Assembly (NCBI GenBank): GCA_032718475.1
Contig: JAUCBJ010006651.1
Location: forward strand, 1 to 50,094
Origin: Nemertoderma westbladi
Lineage: Eukaryota > Animalia > Xenacoelomorpha
Direction: 5' to 3'
DNA: 50,094 nucleotides
In this document: positions 1-11,600 of the stretch, one piece after another
Layout: the number at the start of each line of letters is the position of its first letter
How positions within the stretch are numbered: the stretch's first letter is position 1
The notes under the pieces: model-generated
What the model saw: the letters and a program-made list of their open reading frames with translations, nothing else
Told to the model about the DNA's origin: nothing
Databases searched by the model: none
Position numbers and translations under genes: made by a program

Positions 1-920
1 TTTTCTGTGTGTGACCAGTTCCTACCCATATCTGATAACCACTGGATACACTTTGCTGTAGTACATTTAATCCAATTATTCTAGTTCCATAACTTATTAT
101 TCCCTAATGTATCGTTTGTTTGGCATTATTTTAGTAAGGCAATGTCAGTAAGAATTTCAATCAAAAAGGTAAATCACCAACAGTGACCCACGGGGAGTTG
201 AATGTGACTTATTTCTGTAAACCCCGGCAGATTAAACACCCCAGGATATCTACCATTAGGATTAGATTACATAAATGCACTACATTGAAATTATCTAAAT
301 GCATTGAAAAATTTTAAGGAAAAACTATCGACCTCAGAACGGTGGTGGTGTGGTTGGATCCAGTTCACAGGATTAATACAGGATAGGATTCCTGGAAACC
401 AAATACTTTGGACTGGTTCTCCCTTTATATGGATGGATCTGACAAACAGCCAGATACGTTGTTTAATTAAATTATTACTTAGACCCACCACGCACAAGTT
501 GTAAATTTTGTTTCAACATCTGTTTAAATTCAAGCGACAACAACTAACAAGGTCTCTCACGAGAGGGGGCCTGTAACATGTTCCCGAAATAAGTTGCTGG
601 GATAGAAGTGAGCCGGAATTTAAACAATATCATTAATATCCCATAGCAAATGAATAAAGAATTATTCACTTTTTCACCTATCTATTTCTTTAGTGTTGTT
701 GATACAAAATTCCTATTTACATTTATCACTAAATCTACATGGATGAAAAACAAACAGTCCCGCTCACCAACAGAGTGCCATCGGATCCGATGGGATCCAA
801 CACACTCTGACAGCTTGAAACAAGCACAATGCTAACCTACGGAGATTCAGTACTGTTTGATTCTGTTGGAGAAAATATTTCCAACAAGTTAAGTCTGTTG
901 GAGCCCATCTGAATCTGTCT

Positions 921-1070
921 GAAATCCGTTTGAAAGTGTTTGAAATTTCTATTGGATGTTGTTGGAAGCTATCTGAAGTTGTTTGAAGTTGTCTGAAGCT
1001 GTTTGAAATTGTCGGAAGCTGTTTGAATTTGTCTGAAGCTGTTTGACGCCATTGGAATTTGTTGGAATTT
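921..1070. repeat. 10-bp-period degenerate tandem repeat (GTYTGAAGCT/GTTTGAAATT)
   Basis: Consecutive decamers gttggaagct atctgaagtt gtttgaagtt gtctgaagct gtttgaaatt gtcggaagct gtttgaattt gtctgaagct. Confidence 0.8.
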
Positions 1071-2750
1071 GCCAATGCCTTACAAAAGCGTAGTTCATTA
1101 ACAAAATGTCAATCACTTTAACTCTCAATTGAATTCGAAACAATCGAAACACAGATTTGTTTCATTTAACAATTTTTATTTACATAATTATGTCTTTAAT
1201 TATATTAATTAATTAACTAGCATGCATAAACTAATAATAAATTCCTATAATATAAATTCCGATAAATTAATATAATAACACCAACACGTTTTTAATTCCT
1301 TAATTAGAAATGTAAATAATGCTATAAATATATTAGTTTCTTTGACGTAGGGCATTACATACTGTACTGCACTTAAACAGATATAAACAGAAACACAAAC
1401 AAATTAAGCAAACAGTAAATATAATTACAATGAGTGAAAAAAAGATTCTTGGTAAATTTTATTAGTTGTGTTGAAAGAGCATCGAAATAGAAAAGGTTTG
1501 CACGTAATACTTCTAGCCCAACTATTTTTTCGCGCACCTACCCTTTGAGCAAAATCTATTCATACAATCAAAAGATATTGCTACTTTCGTGTCTGCAAGT
1601 CGTACTCCTAAACTGACTCAATATCCAATATTGGTTTATGTTGTTAGGTGGCTCTGTAGTTACGTAATAAATATTCGAGTACATTAAATTATTTAATATT
1701 GAGTAAGGCAGTTGAGTAAGGAGTTCATAATTTGATTTGCTCATTTTGCAGAAACTATGGAAGCAATATAGTAAAATTACTACAGTTCAGTTTATCTTGT
1801 AATACAGTATCGCTCTATCTTATATTAAAGAATTGAGCAACCAAAAAGTATCAATTTAAGAATAAAATTACGTATTACATGGGAAAACTTATTTTGAATA
1901 TTATCACTACCCTTTTTAGTAATGGGTCGAAAGTCCCCCCTAGCCCTTCACAAGGAAGGGTGGACGTAGGGACGGGGCCCAACGCCAACATATTGTGATA
2001 GTTTGTCACATTGGAGGGGGAGGGGGGGGGGGGGTTGATAAGGGGGCTTTAAGCGTAATTAGCCATTAACATTAATTCCTAGGAAATAAGCTAAAAACCT
2101 TAAAAGCTAGGAAATTAGGAAATATCGCAGGAAATAAGATGAATAATCATAATATACCAGCTGACCAACAAGTATAACAATCTGCCTTGCCTATCTATGT
2201 AGGCTTACTGATGTAGGCAGTTAGGCCTACAGGTGTATGATGACTGTCAATGTGCAATAATCGTAGAGACAGTACAACAGTATCAGATCATGCTGCATTG
2301 CTGCACTGATAATTATATAAAATCGATGCTTAAGAATATTCGTGGGCGACTTCACCTAACAGCCTATGAATTAGCTACCACCCCACAATAAGGACCACTG
2401 GACTATGACTAAACCATCCAGGCGCTTACAGTTTACACTCTTCGATTTTTTGGAACAGCATCATCCTGTCATCTACTGGTACGATTTATCTATTGTGACT
2501 TAGAATTTATCTGGCCGCGGGACAATGTCCCCTAACTGCCCCTAACTAACCGACATTGCAACCAGTGGTGGGAGGGACGACGTTGTCTACGATTTATTCA
2601 TTGCGATTTCAGGTTTAACCGTATAACATCATCTACAACTGCACGATTTATCCACTATGATTTAGAGTTTAACGGGACAACGTTATCTACGATTTAAAAA
2701 TAAACATTTCTATTCTATTTCTAATAATAAACATTTAATAATCCATAATC

Positions 2751-2761
2751 TATTATTATTA

Positions 2762-2793
<32 letters not shown>
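2751..2793. repeat. (TTA)n microsatellite
   Basis: Run of tattattatt... with one interruption. Confidence 0.95.
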
Positions 2794-2847
2794 CCAACAA
2801 TTCACTACAAATTAATAAATTGATGCGATTAATTAAAATAGTTAATC

Positions 2848-2962
2848 TATAATGTAAATAGGACAATATGATAATGCTCTCCATAGCAGTAGCAGCCCCA
2901 ATAGGTTGGGTTGATATTTTTCGCTATGGAGAGCATTATCATATTGTCCTATTTACATTATA
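2848..2962. repeat. Perfect 40-bp inverted repeat with 35-bp spacer (tiny MITE or hairpin)
   Basis: tataatgtaaataggacaatatgataatgctctccatagc (2848-2887) is the exact reverse complement of 2923-2962. Confidence 0.9.
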
Positions 2963-3644
2963 TATTTAAACTGCGTCACTCACCCCACAACAATTAACTT
3001 ATTATTAAATGTGTCCATGCTCGCGTACCACCACCGGATCTTCCCTTCCTCCGCTACCTCCCGCATCTACTCCTCCACCCACTTCTTCTACCCCTACTCA
3101 TCTACCACCAGGCCCCCTCCCCTGGCTTTCGACTGGGCCACTCTTGGGGAGTGGGATGTCTTGGCATGGCTGCGGATCTGTAAACAACGACAGCTGCGCC
3201 ACGTCCCCAGGGCCAAGTGAACCAACTTCACTGACCTCCTCGCTGACATCCTCGGGGAGGTAGCCACAGGGCCCAATGATCCCCAGGGTGGCTAATACTA
3301 CTAACTGTTGGCCACCACTGCCTCGCTACACCCAAACGAGGGAGTCGGCGCCACGCTCGGTCGCTCTCTGCCACAATCAACGCGCAAGTAGCCGCCTTCC
3401 GTGCCGACCCCTTCTCAGACTCCAACCCCCCTCAACTAGCGGTTGGCGGCAGACGAAGAAGCGTGGCGATGCAGAGCGACTCGCGGCGGCTGTAGCCAAA
3501 AAGATTGACAACTCCGACGTGAAGGGCGCCATCCGGTTGGCGTCCTCGGTGGACTCACTGGCACCCAACACGATGGAGACACTGGAAGCATTGCGGAAGA
3601 AACATCACGCACGCAGGGCCTGACGACCACCGTCCCAACCCGCG

Positions 3645-4450
3645 GTGATAACCCTCAATGATACGGCCTCGCCTTGCTCCTCTGCCATCACCCGCAGACT
3701 CGTTTTGTCATTCCCAAGCGGAAGTGCCAGAGGACCAGACGGGTTGCGGCCCCAAATACTCAAAGATCTGATCCTGATCTCCCCCACCAATGGAGAGGCC
3801 AAGGCCCGTCTTCTACATCGTCTCGCGGGATTCCTGGATACCACCATCTCTGGAAAAGTTCCCCTCGCCATCCGCCCCACTTTCTATGGTGCGAATCTCT
3901 TCACGTTCACGAAGTCAGAGGGTGGGGTGCGGCCGATCGCCATTGGCAACACTCATTGGCAGGGAAGTACTCCGGCTTCGTTGCCCAGGGACCCTGCACC
4001 TCCTCCTATGGCACTGTGCAGCTCGGGATTGGCACAAAACTCAGTGCCAAAGCGGCGGCCCAAGCAGCAAGGGCACTCTCCTCCTCCCCAAACGCACCCG
4101 GTAGTGTGTTGCTGAAACTCGACTTCAGCAACGCCTTTAACTCCATCCGGTGGGATTCCATGCTCGAGTCAGTAAACCAGCATTACCCCAGCATGTAGAA
4201 CGCCATGCTGATGGCGTACGGAGCGCCTAGCTTTCTCCTCCATGGGGACGATACTCTCCTCTCTGAGGAAGGAGTTAAGCAAGGCGATACGGATGGACCT
4301 CAGCTTTTCGGCAATACGGTGAATTCGTTCATCCAGTCGCTGCAGTCGAGGTTTAACGTCTGGTACCTGTACGACGGGAATCTCTCTGACCACTACCGGG
4401 TGGTGTTGGACAACCTCAGGTCTGTCATCCTCGAGGAAGATCGTTGCTGA
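3645..4450 (+). pseudogene. Reverse transcriptase domain of the CRE-like element, broken by stops and frameshifts
   Basis: RT motifs spread over ORFs 3645-4115, 3674-4198 and 4205-4450; catalytic YLDD reads YLYD; probable internal deletion near 4445. Confidence 0.85.
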
Positions 4451-4596
4451 GCAGCTCGCACCTTCCGCCTTCCTGGCTTCCGCGGCTGCCTGCTCTGGTC
4501 TCTCCTACTCCCTCTTTGAGTCTCCAGTGGACGCCCCTTCCCCCTGCTACAACTGTGCCCTCGCTGGGTGGTCGACGACTATCCACAACTATCTGC

Positions 4597-4740
4597 TACG
4601 CCACTACCACCATCTGCGACGCCACCGCCACCGTCTGTGATGCCACCGCCACCACCCACGATGCCACCGCCACCATCCGCGATGCCACTGCCACCATCCG
4701 CGATGCCACCACCACCGTCCTCGATGCCACCACCACCTAC
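4597..4740 (+). repeat. 21-bp minisatellite, about 7 units (GATGCCACCGCCACCATCCGC)
   Basis: Tandem units are directly visible inside the CRE-like element. Confidence 0.9.
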
Positions 4741-4954
4741 TCGCGGCCACCAAACAGTGGGCCTACCATTCCTGGCCCCTGTCCACAACGCCAGGCACAC
4801 TACCACCATCTGGGGTGGCAAGGTTGAACTCCCTGCACCACCCTGCCGCAGGCTGCTGGCGTGATGCCATCCCCATCAGCTCTCTGGGACTGAAGCTGAC
4901 GGACTCGCAGTTCCGGATCTCGGCCGGCAATCGTCTTTGGTGCAGGCTGACCGA

Positions 4955-5615
4955 TGTGACGGGATCATTGATCCCAACCGGGTTAGAAATGTACGCATCA
5001 CCGTTCTGCTGGGGGATTGTGCTAGTAGCTTTGGCCGAGGCCGTTGGGGAAAAACAGTACGAGTTTCTGTTGTCTCTCGATATTGATTAATATGGACGAT
5101 AATAGCAAGCCAGTAGATAATAAGCAGAAAATACAAGTTAATTGTTACCGGTATGGCGGTGGCGGTCATTAACTATGACCGGTCTGCACTGACTGAACTG
5201 AATAAAACAACTGACCGGTAAACCATTAATGTAAGATAATATATGATTAATCACACATTGAATATTGGTTTACCTCCTACTCTACTTTGTCCCTCTACCC
5301 AATGGATGCTTTCCTGTTCCTTACCACGTGCTTCCCTCCCCACTATTGGCTAATATACTAATTGTCACTTTGGCACTCCCTACGAGTGTTTCCCCTCCGC
5401 TGCTAGCCTCTACTAGCTGTATTCCCTCCGAGGTGGTTTGACCTCTCACCTTTCTCTGTGGCTTTGGGGCTTGTGTCACCCCCCCCCCCCCCCCCCCCCC
5501 CAATGTTGGTTATGAAACGAGATTAATATTGGTAATCTCGTCTCCCCAACATTTTGCTAAATGCCACTGGTCCCATTTTCTGGTGGGTAATGAAGTGGAA
5601 TTGAATCCGCTTACA
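4955..5615 (-). mobile_element. Solo LTR (661 bp) inserted in the CRE-like element
   Basis: TG...CA termini (tgtgac...ttaca); 5-bp TSD ACCGA at 4950-4954 and 5616-5620; removing it restores WCRL-TEPHGCAWCG; reverse-complement homolog of the LTR at 26857-27517. Confidence 0.92.
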
Positions 5616-6170
5616 ACCGAGCCCCACGGCTGTGCCTGGTGTGGCAAGGATGTCGGATGGCCTCCATGGTCTTTCCTGCTCAAGGATCTTCGGCAGACTT
5701 CCGCGCCACTCAATGTTGAATGACACTGTGCGCCGGTCGCTCATGAGCTGTGGCGCCCCTGCTACGCTTGAGCCACTAGGCTTGTGTAGAGGGGACGGGA
5801 AACGAGTAGATGGCATCACCCTGGTCCCATGGAGCCGTGGGCAGTTCCTCACGTAGGACGCGACGGTAGCGGACCCTCTGGCGCCCAGCAACCTAGCCCA
5901 GATGCTATCTGCCGGAGGCCGCACTACAGAGGACGCGGAAACTCTAAAGATCCACAAGTACCAGGAATTCATGGACCGGGGCTACCTCTTCCACCCGGTA
6001 GCCTACGAGACCTTGGGCTGCCCCGGCCCTGAAACATCCAAGTTCCTGAAGGAGATCGGGGCAAGACTCCACTCTGTTACCCAGGAGCCCCGATCTCACC
6101 GCTTCCTCCTGCAAAGGCTGGCAATCACCATCCTGGTCAGCAATGCAGCCTCCATTATGGGGAATGTATA
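5616..6170 (+). pseudogene. CCHC zinc knuckle and RLE (PD-D/ExK-type) endonuclease of the CRE-like element
   Basis: HGCAWCG...HGLSC, RHSMLND, EP.GL...DGKRVDG, one in-frame stop before DATVAD, ETLKIHKY, PVAYETLG. Confidence 0.85.
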
Positions 6171-6693
6171 CACTATACCCACCCAACGGAACAGACTAAC
6201 ATACAACCCCCCCCCCCCCCCCCCCCCCCTTGATAAAAAATTGACTTGATAAAAAAATCAAGTAGTCGGTGGCTAGTCGGGTAGTCCCATTACACCAGCC
6301 ACTGTTGACAATTGCGACAACAAAAGCACTGTACGTAAATACAACAAGGAAGTGGAGTACCGGATAGATATCATAAGCATGTAAAGCAGATAGCATACCG
6401 TTCTTAACCCACACAGCACTCGTATCCTGTACACAGTAAGTCTTACTGTGTTAAGTGTTAATGCACATATAAAGCATACCACACCACACCACAAGATTTC
6501 CACACCACAATATTTAACCTACGTGCTACGACTCAGTACAGTAGCATACAGTACTTACCTACATTATGAACCAATATCTACTGTATATGCACAGAACTGG
6601 TACAAGTACCAAGTACAAGTACTGGTACAAGTACCGGTTACTGAACAGGTAACCCCAGTGTAGTTTACTACATGTGGTACTACTGTACTAAAA

Positions 6694-7664
6694 GGATAGG
6701 TCTAATTATAATTAAGGACAATACAGTTGTATTGAGGACAACAGTCAAAAAGACCTACCAACAGTCAGAAAAACTCACCAACAGTCAGAAAACAGTACGA
6801 GATAGTCTACCAATAGTCAAGGGCTTCAAAAAATTCAGATTATCTAAATAGGATTGCTTAAATTCGAAATAATCAAAATAATATCAGCTGAAAGCCGTAA
6901 CTAAGGAAATTATGTCATTCTGTACTGTACCGTACAGCAGTAGGCCTACCGAACCTATACGGTTGTTATCACAGTAGGCTATTATTACCGGTATGGAATC
7001 CTGGAACGGCGAGGACGACGTTGGTCTAGTTTAGTTTGTGGTACTGACACAAGTCAAAGCACTGAGGATTAAATTGCGACAGACTGTTATTTGGTGTTGA
7101 TGTGACAGACGACTGTTAATATATGGCCGTAACTACAGTAGTACCGGTGGTGGCCATCGGTACTGGTAGGGTAGAAGAAAAAATAGGATCTGTCAACTTG
7201 GATAATATATGGAAATGTATCCCACAGAAATGTATTCGATCCCCAAGTACTTTAGGCCTACCCAAAAAGTACTCTTTAATCCTCAGTGTGTTGACTTGTG
7301 TCGGTACAACAAAGACGCAGAATAAACTAGATCGACAACATCGTCCTTGCCGTTCCCGGATTCCATACCAGTAATAATAGCCTACTGTGTTAACAACTGT
7401 ATCGGTTCGGTAGGCCTACTGCTGTATGGTACAGTATAGAATGACGTAATTTCCATAGTTAGGGATATCAGCTGATATGATTTTGATTATTTCGAATTTA
7501 ATGAACCCCATTTAGATAATCTGAATTTTTTGAAGCCCTTGACTGAAGGTAGTTTCCATGACTGATGACTGTTTTCTGACTGTTGGTGAGTTTTTCTGAC
7601 TATTGGTAGGTCTTTTTGACTGTTGTCCTCAATACAACAGTATTGTCCTTAATTAGACCTATCC
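6694..7664. mobile_element. Mutator-like non-autonomous foldback element, ~380-bp diverged TIRs
   Basis: GGATAGGTCTAATT...AATTAGACCTATCC termini; arms ~6694-7073 and ~7275-7664 are reverse complements; 9-bp flanks gtactaaaa / gtactagaa (8 of 9 match). Confidence 0.8.
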
Positions 7665-8855
7665 GTACTAGAAGACAGTAGAACTATGCACTAGGTCTAT
7701 GTACAGTACAACTGCTATATCTTGATGATTACTGTAATGTATTACATTATTTCCTAGGACATAACAAAACATGCGGAATTAACATTAATGGATAGGATTT
7801 AAGTTTATTTCCTTGATTACCCTTAATGACTGCAACATACTAATATAATGGCGCGTATACTACAGTACATGAAGTGAATTGAGTTATTATCTCAATATCT
7901 GAGTCCATACAGAGCCTGAACTGGTTTCACATTAGTGTTCGGCGGCGCAGGTTCAAATCCGACTAAAGGCTGTACAAATTTGGCGCTGTTTTGTCTCTAA
8001 CTTAATTGCAACACAATTAGACAGAAATTAGTGTTTATGCAAACCCAGTGGTACGATGATAGCTGGGGTAGTAGTATAGTGAGGGTTTGATATGTAGACA
8101 CTAGGGGTTATGACGCCAAAAATCAAATTAATTCAATTATTTTTCCTATGTAACATTATTTTTTTAAAGAGGATATTGTATGGATGTATGTCGATGTATG
8201 TAGAAGTACGTTTGAAGAATCTTAACTGCAATAAATTAAGATGATTTTTGTCCCTTATGCAGTGCACTTGAAAAGAGAAACTGAAAGCCAAAACTTGTCA
8301 AAATCATATTCTTCAAAGACAATAAATGTCAACCATCACATAAAGAAAAAAGTATCGAAATCACATATTTAATTCACCTAGATTCTATTATTCTGCCCGA
8401 GTAGGGTGAGTTTTGCACGAATTGGCAGGTTCATAGCTTCAATAACTTCAATCCAGCCCGCCCAGGAACCAGCAGTGTTTCCCACCCCACTCCCTTGCTA
8501 ATAGATGGGTGGTAGAGGTTGAATGAATGATAGCTGATGTAATGAGATTCGATGTCCGGTCCGTCCCACTAATTCCCCTCTAACTCATGAATAATAATAG
8601 TTACAATGATGGTATATAGCTCAAACGACTCGTATTGAATGCGCGCATCTACTAATACCAAAATAGAATTTGATACTGTATGTACGACCAAGAATAACAT
8701 AAATATAAACATTATAAACAAAACAAAATATTATTAACATAAATTAATACGATAAAAAACAATTTCCATTAAAAATGCGGTTTTTAAAGTGCTCTAAAAA
8801 AATTTTTGTTGAGCGAAATCGAAAACGGTTTCGAAATTTGGAATCAGAGCATTAA

Positions 8856-10426
8856 CCCTATTAAACCCGGGGGGGGGGTTCAATATGACCAACCCCCTCC
8901 CCCCCGTGGTTTTTTTATTATAATTCTGAAACAAACGCAGTTGGGAATCAGAAATTTTATGACTTTTCCTAAAAATCTATTGTCTTCCTAGTAGTGAAAA
9001 CCGTTTTCAAAAATATTGGGTACTTTTCGAGTTATAGCACCATTTTTTAACCCTACTTTTGGCACTTTTTTTTGAGACGTTTTTTGAAAATTACATTTCA
9101 TTAAATATGAATTGTAAATCTCTATTTTTGATTTACACCGGTTTTTTGGTGTTAGAAATTGGATGGAATTCATATAAATTGATTTAGAAATTTCAAACTT
9201 GTTTTTTTCGGTGGGTGCCAAATTTTGGTGCCAGCACCAAATTTTGAATTATGTCAATTTTGTAAATTGATTGTTTGAAACTTGTTTTTTACGTAATTGG
9301 GGTTTTTTGGGGTTCTGGATTCGATGAAATATATACGAGTTGCACCAAGCGTATCAAACTTGTATTTTTCGGTGCTGTGTGCAAATTTTGGTGCTAGCAC
9401 GAAATTTTGAAAATTCATTCAATAGATAAAATTGCTTGTGACAGTTTATTTCTTGCGTTTTAGAGGTTTATGGCTGTTCTGAATTCAATGGAATATATAA
9501 TTATCGAACTAGACATCTCAAACTTGTATTTTTCGGATGTGGGTGCAAAATGTGGTGCTAGCACACATTTTGAAAACCATCAAATATATCAATTGATTGT
9601 GTCACCTTGTTTCTTGCGTTATACGGGTTTGTGATGGTTCTGAATTCAATGGAATCAGTAAAAATATCATAAGAGTTCTCAAACTTGTATTTTTCGCCGG
9701 TGGGTGAAAATTGTTGTGCCAGCACCAAATTTTGGAAAATATGCAAATTAATAAGTAGATAGTATCACCTTGTTTCTTGCGTTATACGGGTTTATGAGGG
9801 TCCTGAATCCGATGGAATCAATAAAAACAGCACTGGACATCGTAAACTTGTACTTTTTGGTGATGGGTACGAAATTTGGTGCTAGCACCAAAATTTGCCA
9901 AATTACGCCGAAAAATACAAGTAGCAATGATCTGGCATATTAGAAATGTATTCCATTAGAATCAGCGCCCTCGAAAACCTGAAAATGTGAATTTATAGCA
10001 TTGTATAAGGAATTAAAAATTTTGTGTTCTAACTGAAAAGTGCTGGTTACTTGTTTTTTTCATTTTTTTTCCTACGCAGAGAGGACTAAACAGCCATTTA
10101 TAGTAATCATATCATTTTTTAATATTTTGCAATGTATTTTGCACCCCAGAAAACCTGTATTGAAAAATAATTAGCCGAAAATGTAACTTTCAAATTTTGT
10201 GAAAATTGCGCACTACTTGTAATTTTGGTGCTGCAATATAACCACCCCAGTACATTTTTTCGAAAATTTTTTTTTCGGTCGGATCCAGACAAGTGATACC
10301 TACGCACAAACAAAAAGTCAGCCGTTTTCGTAAATATTTGTAGATTTTAGAGGGGGGGGTCAATATGACCCCCCCCCCCCCCCCCCCGGTATTTGTACAA
10401 CATTTTATAGCCCGGTACTAATAGGG
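8856..10426. mobile_element. Non-autonomous piggyBac-like element
   Basis: TTAA|CCCTATTAAACCCGGG ... CCCGGTACTAATAGGG|TTAA; the subterminal motif ggggg(t)tcaatatgacc(aa)cccc occurs near both ends; no transposase ORF. Confidence 0.85.
9170..9900. repeat. ~162-bp tandem array (about 5 units) inside the piggyBac-like element
   Basis: aaacttgt(a)ttttt(c)ggt...aaattttggtgctagcaccaaaattt recurs at ~9195, 9356, 9520, 9681 and 9844. Confidence 0.85.
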
Positions 10427-11600
10427 TTAATATTTACCAGAAAAAGTGTTTTCGGTAAAAAAAATGTTTTTGCGGAAATCGCCAAAAATTGACAAATCTC
10501 GCAAGGGGGGGTAGCACCATGATTTTTGGCCAAAAATAAAAAACGCATGAAAAATATTAAACGGTTTTATAAGTTATTGGACCATTTTCGAGAAAAACCA
10601 CTTTTGGTTATTTTATGGCCAATTTAGTAAAAAAAATTTGCTATTTTTTAAAGAAGTTTGTCCCCCCTATGGCCCCTGAAGATTCAATCTTTTTATAAAA
10701 CAATGTAGCAGATTTGTAGAACTCAAAAAATCAGACAAGCTTCATTATTTTTTTTTTGGTTTGCGTTTTTTGAAAAATACTGAATTTTTGACGGACAAAT
10801 ATTTCCGTCTTCCATTTACTCCCAGAAAAATAGACTTTTGTGCTTAACGTTCTTTATACAGAAGGTAGCTATTGAGTAGTACTAAAACATATTAAAGTTT
10901 AAAAAAAGTTAATCCTACGTTCTTGAGAAAATTAAATTACCCAAAAGTGTTTTTTTTACGATTTTGCAATTTCCCCCTTTTTGTCCCCTGAAATATTGAG
11001 AAGGTAGACCCACCTTCCCTCTATTGATTAAAAGTGGAATGGTCTCGTCCGATATATAGTAACAGAGCTAGAGTGCTTACAAAATTGGCTCAAATTGCCC
11101 AAAATTGGCACCGTAATGTCTACGACTTGTTCATAGCCAACCACTGAATGCCTTTTGGCTGAAATTTTTAGAGAACATGCCCACACTATAAGCGCGTTTG
11201 TGATATAAGTTTCAAGCCCATAGGTCTTACATGCTAGGAGCTAAGGACCGCGGAATGTCAAAAATTAGCGCATTTTGAAAATTTTCTTACTTCCCAGAGG
11301 ACAGCGCCAAAATGGCCAATTTTGGAAATCTGAAATTTTGACAGATTATGTAAAATTTATCTGGCTAAAATGTTGAGCAAGAACATTTTGAGATTTGTAA
11401 ATTGTATTCGAGATAATTTCGGATTTAAAAAAAAAACGCGATTTTCGCAAAAATTCTGAACTTTGACCTTTGACCCTTAAAGGTCGAAAATCAAAAATCC
11501 AAGATCGAGTGGAACCTTAGAATTTTGAGTACTATATGCATGCCAAGTTTCAGCTTCGCAGCTTTTGTGGTTCTCCAGAATCAGTGAACTGCGCAAAATA

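Larger units (their letters stand above)
3009..6170 (+). mobile_element. Degenerate CRE-clade non-LTR retrotransposon (RT + CCHC + restriction-like endonuclease)
   Basis: Frameshifted segments: SFPSGSARGPDGLRPQILKDL, GGVRPIAIG, LLKLDFSNAFNSI, EEGVKQGD..GPQLF, WYLYDG (YLDDG-like), LAPSAFLAS, DAIPISSLGLKL; then C..C..HGLSC, RH..LND, RVDGITLVPW..G, AE..K..KY, F.PVAYETLG, LQRLAITI...NA. GC-rich relative to the flanks; the 5' boundary is approximate. Confidence 0.88.

Noticed and set aside
764-1152. ORFs 764-1075 and 949-1152
   Set aside because: Translations of a 10-bp tandem repeat; no domain.
4444-4864. Pro-rich, Gly-rich and DATAT-repeat ORFs
   Set aside because: Products of the 21-bp minisatellite inside a dead retroelement.
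7935-7975. B-box-like GGTTCAAATCC (possible SINE)
   Set aside because: No convincing A box and no second copy in the window.
9170-9900. CRISPR-like array of palindromic repeats
   Set aside because: Intervening sequences are homologous to each other, the context is eukaryotic and there are no cas genes.
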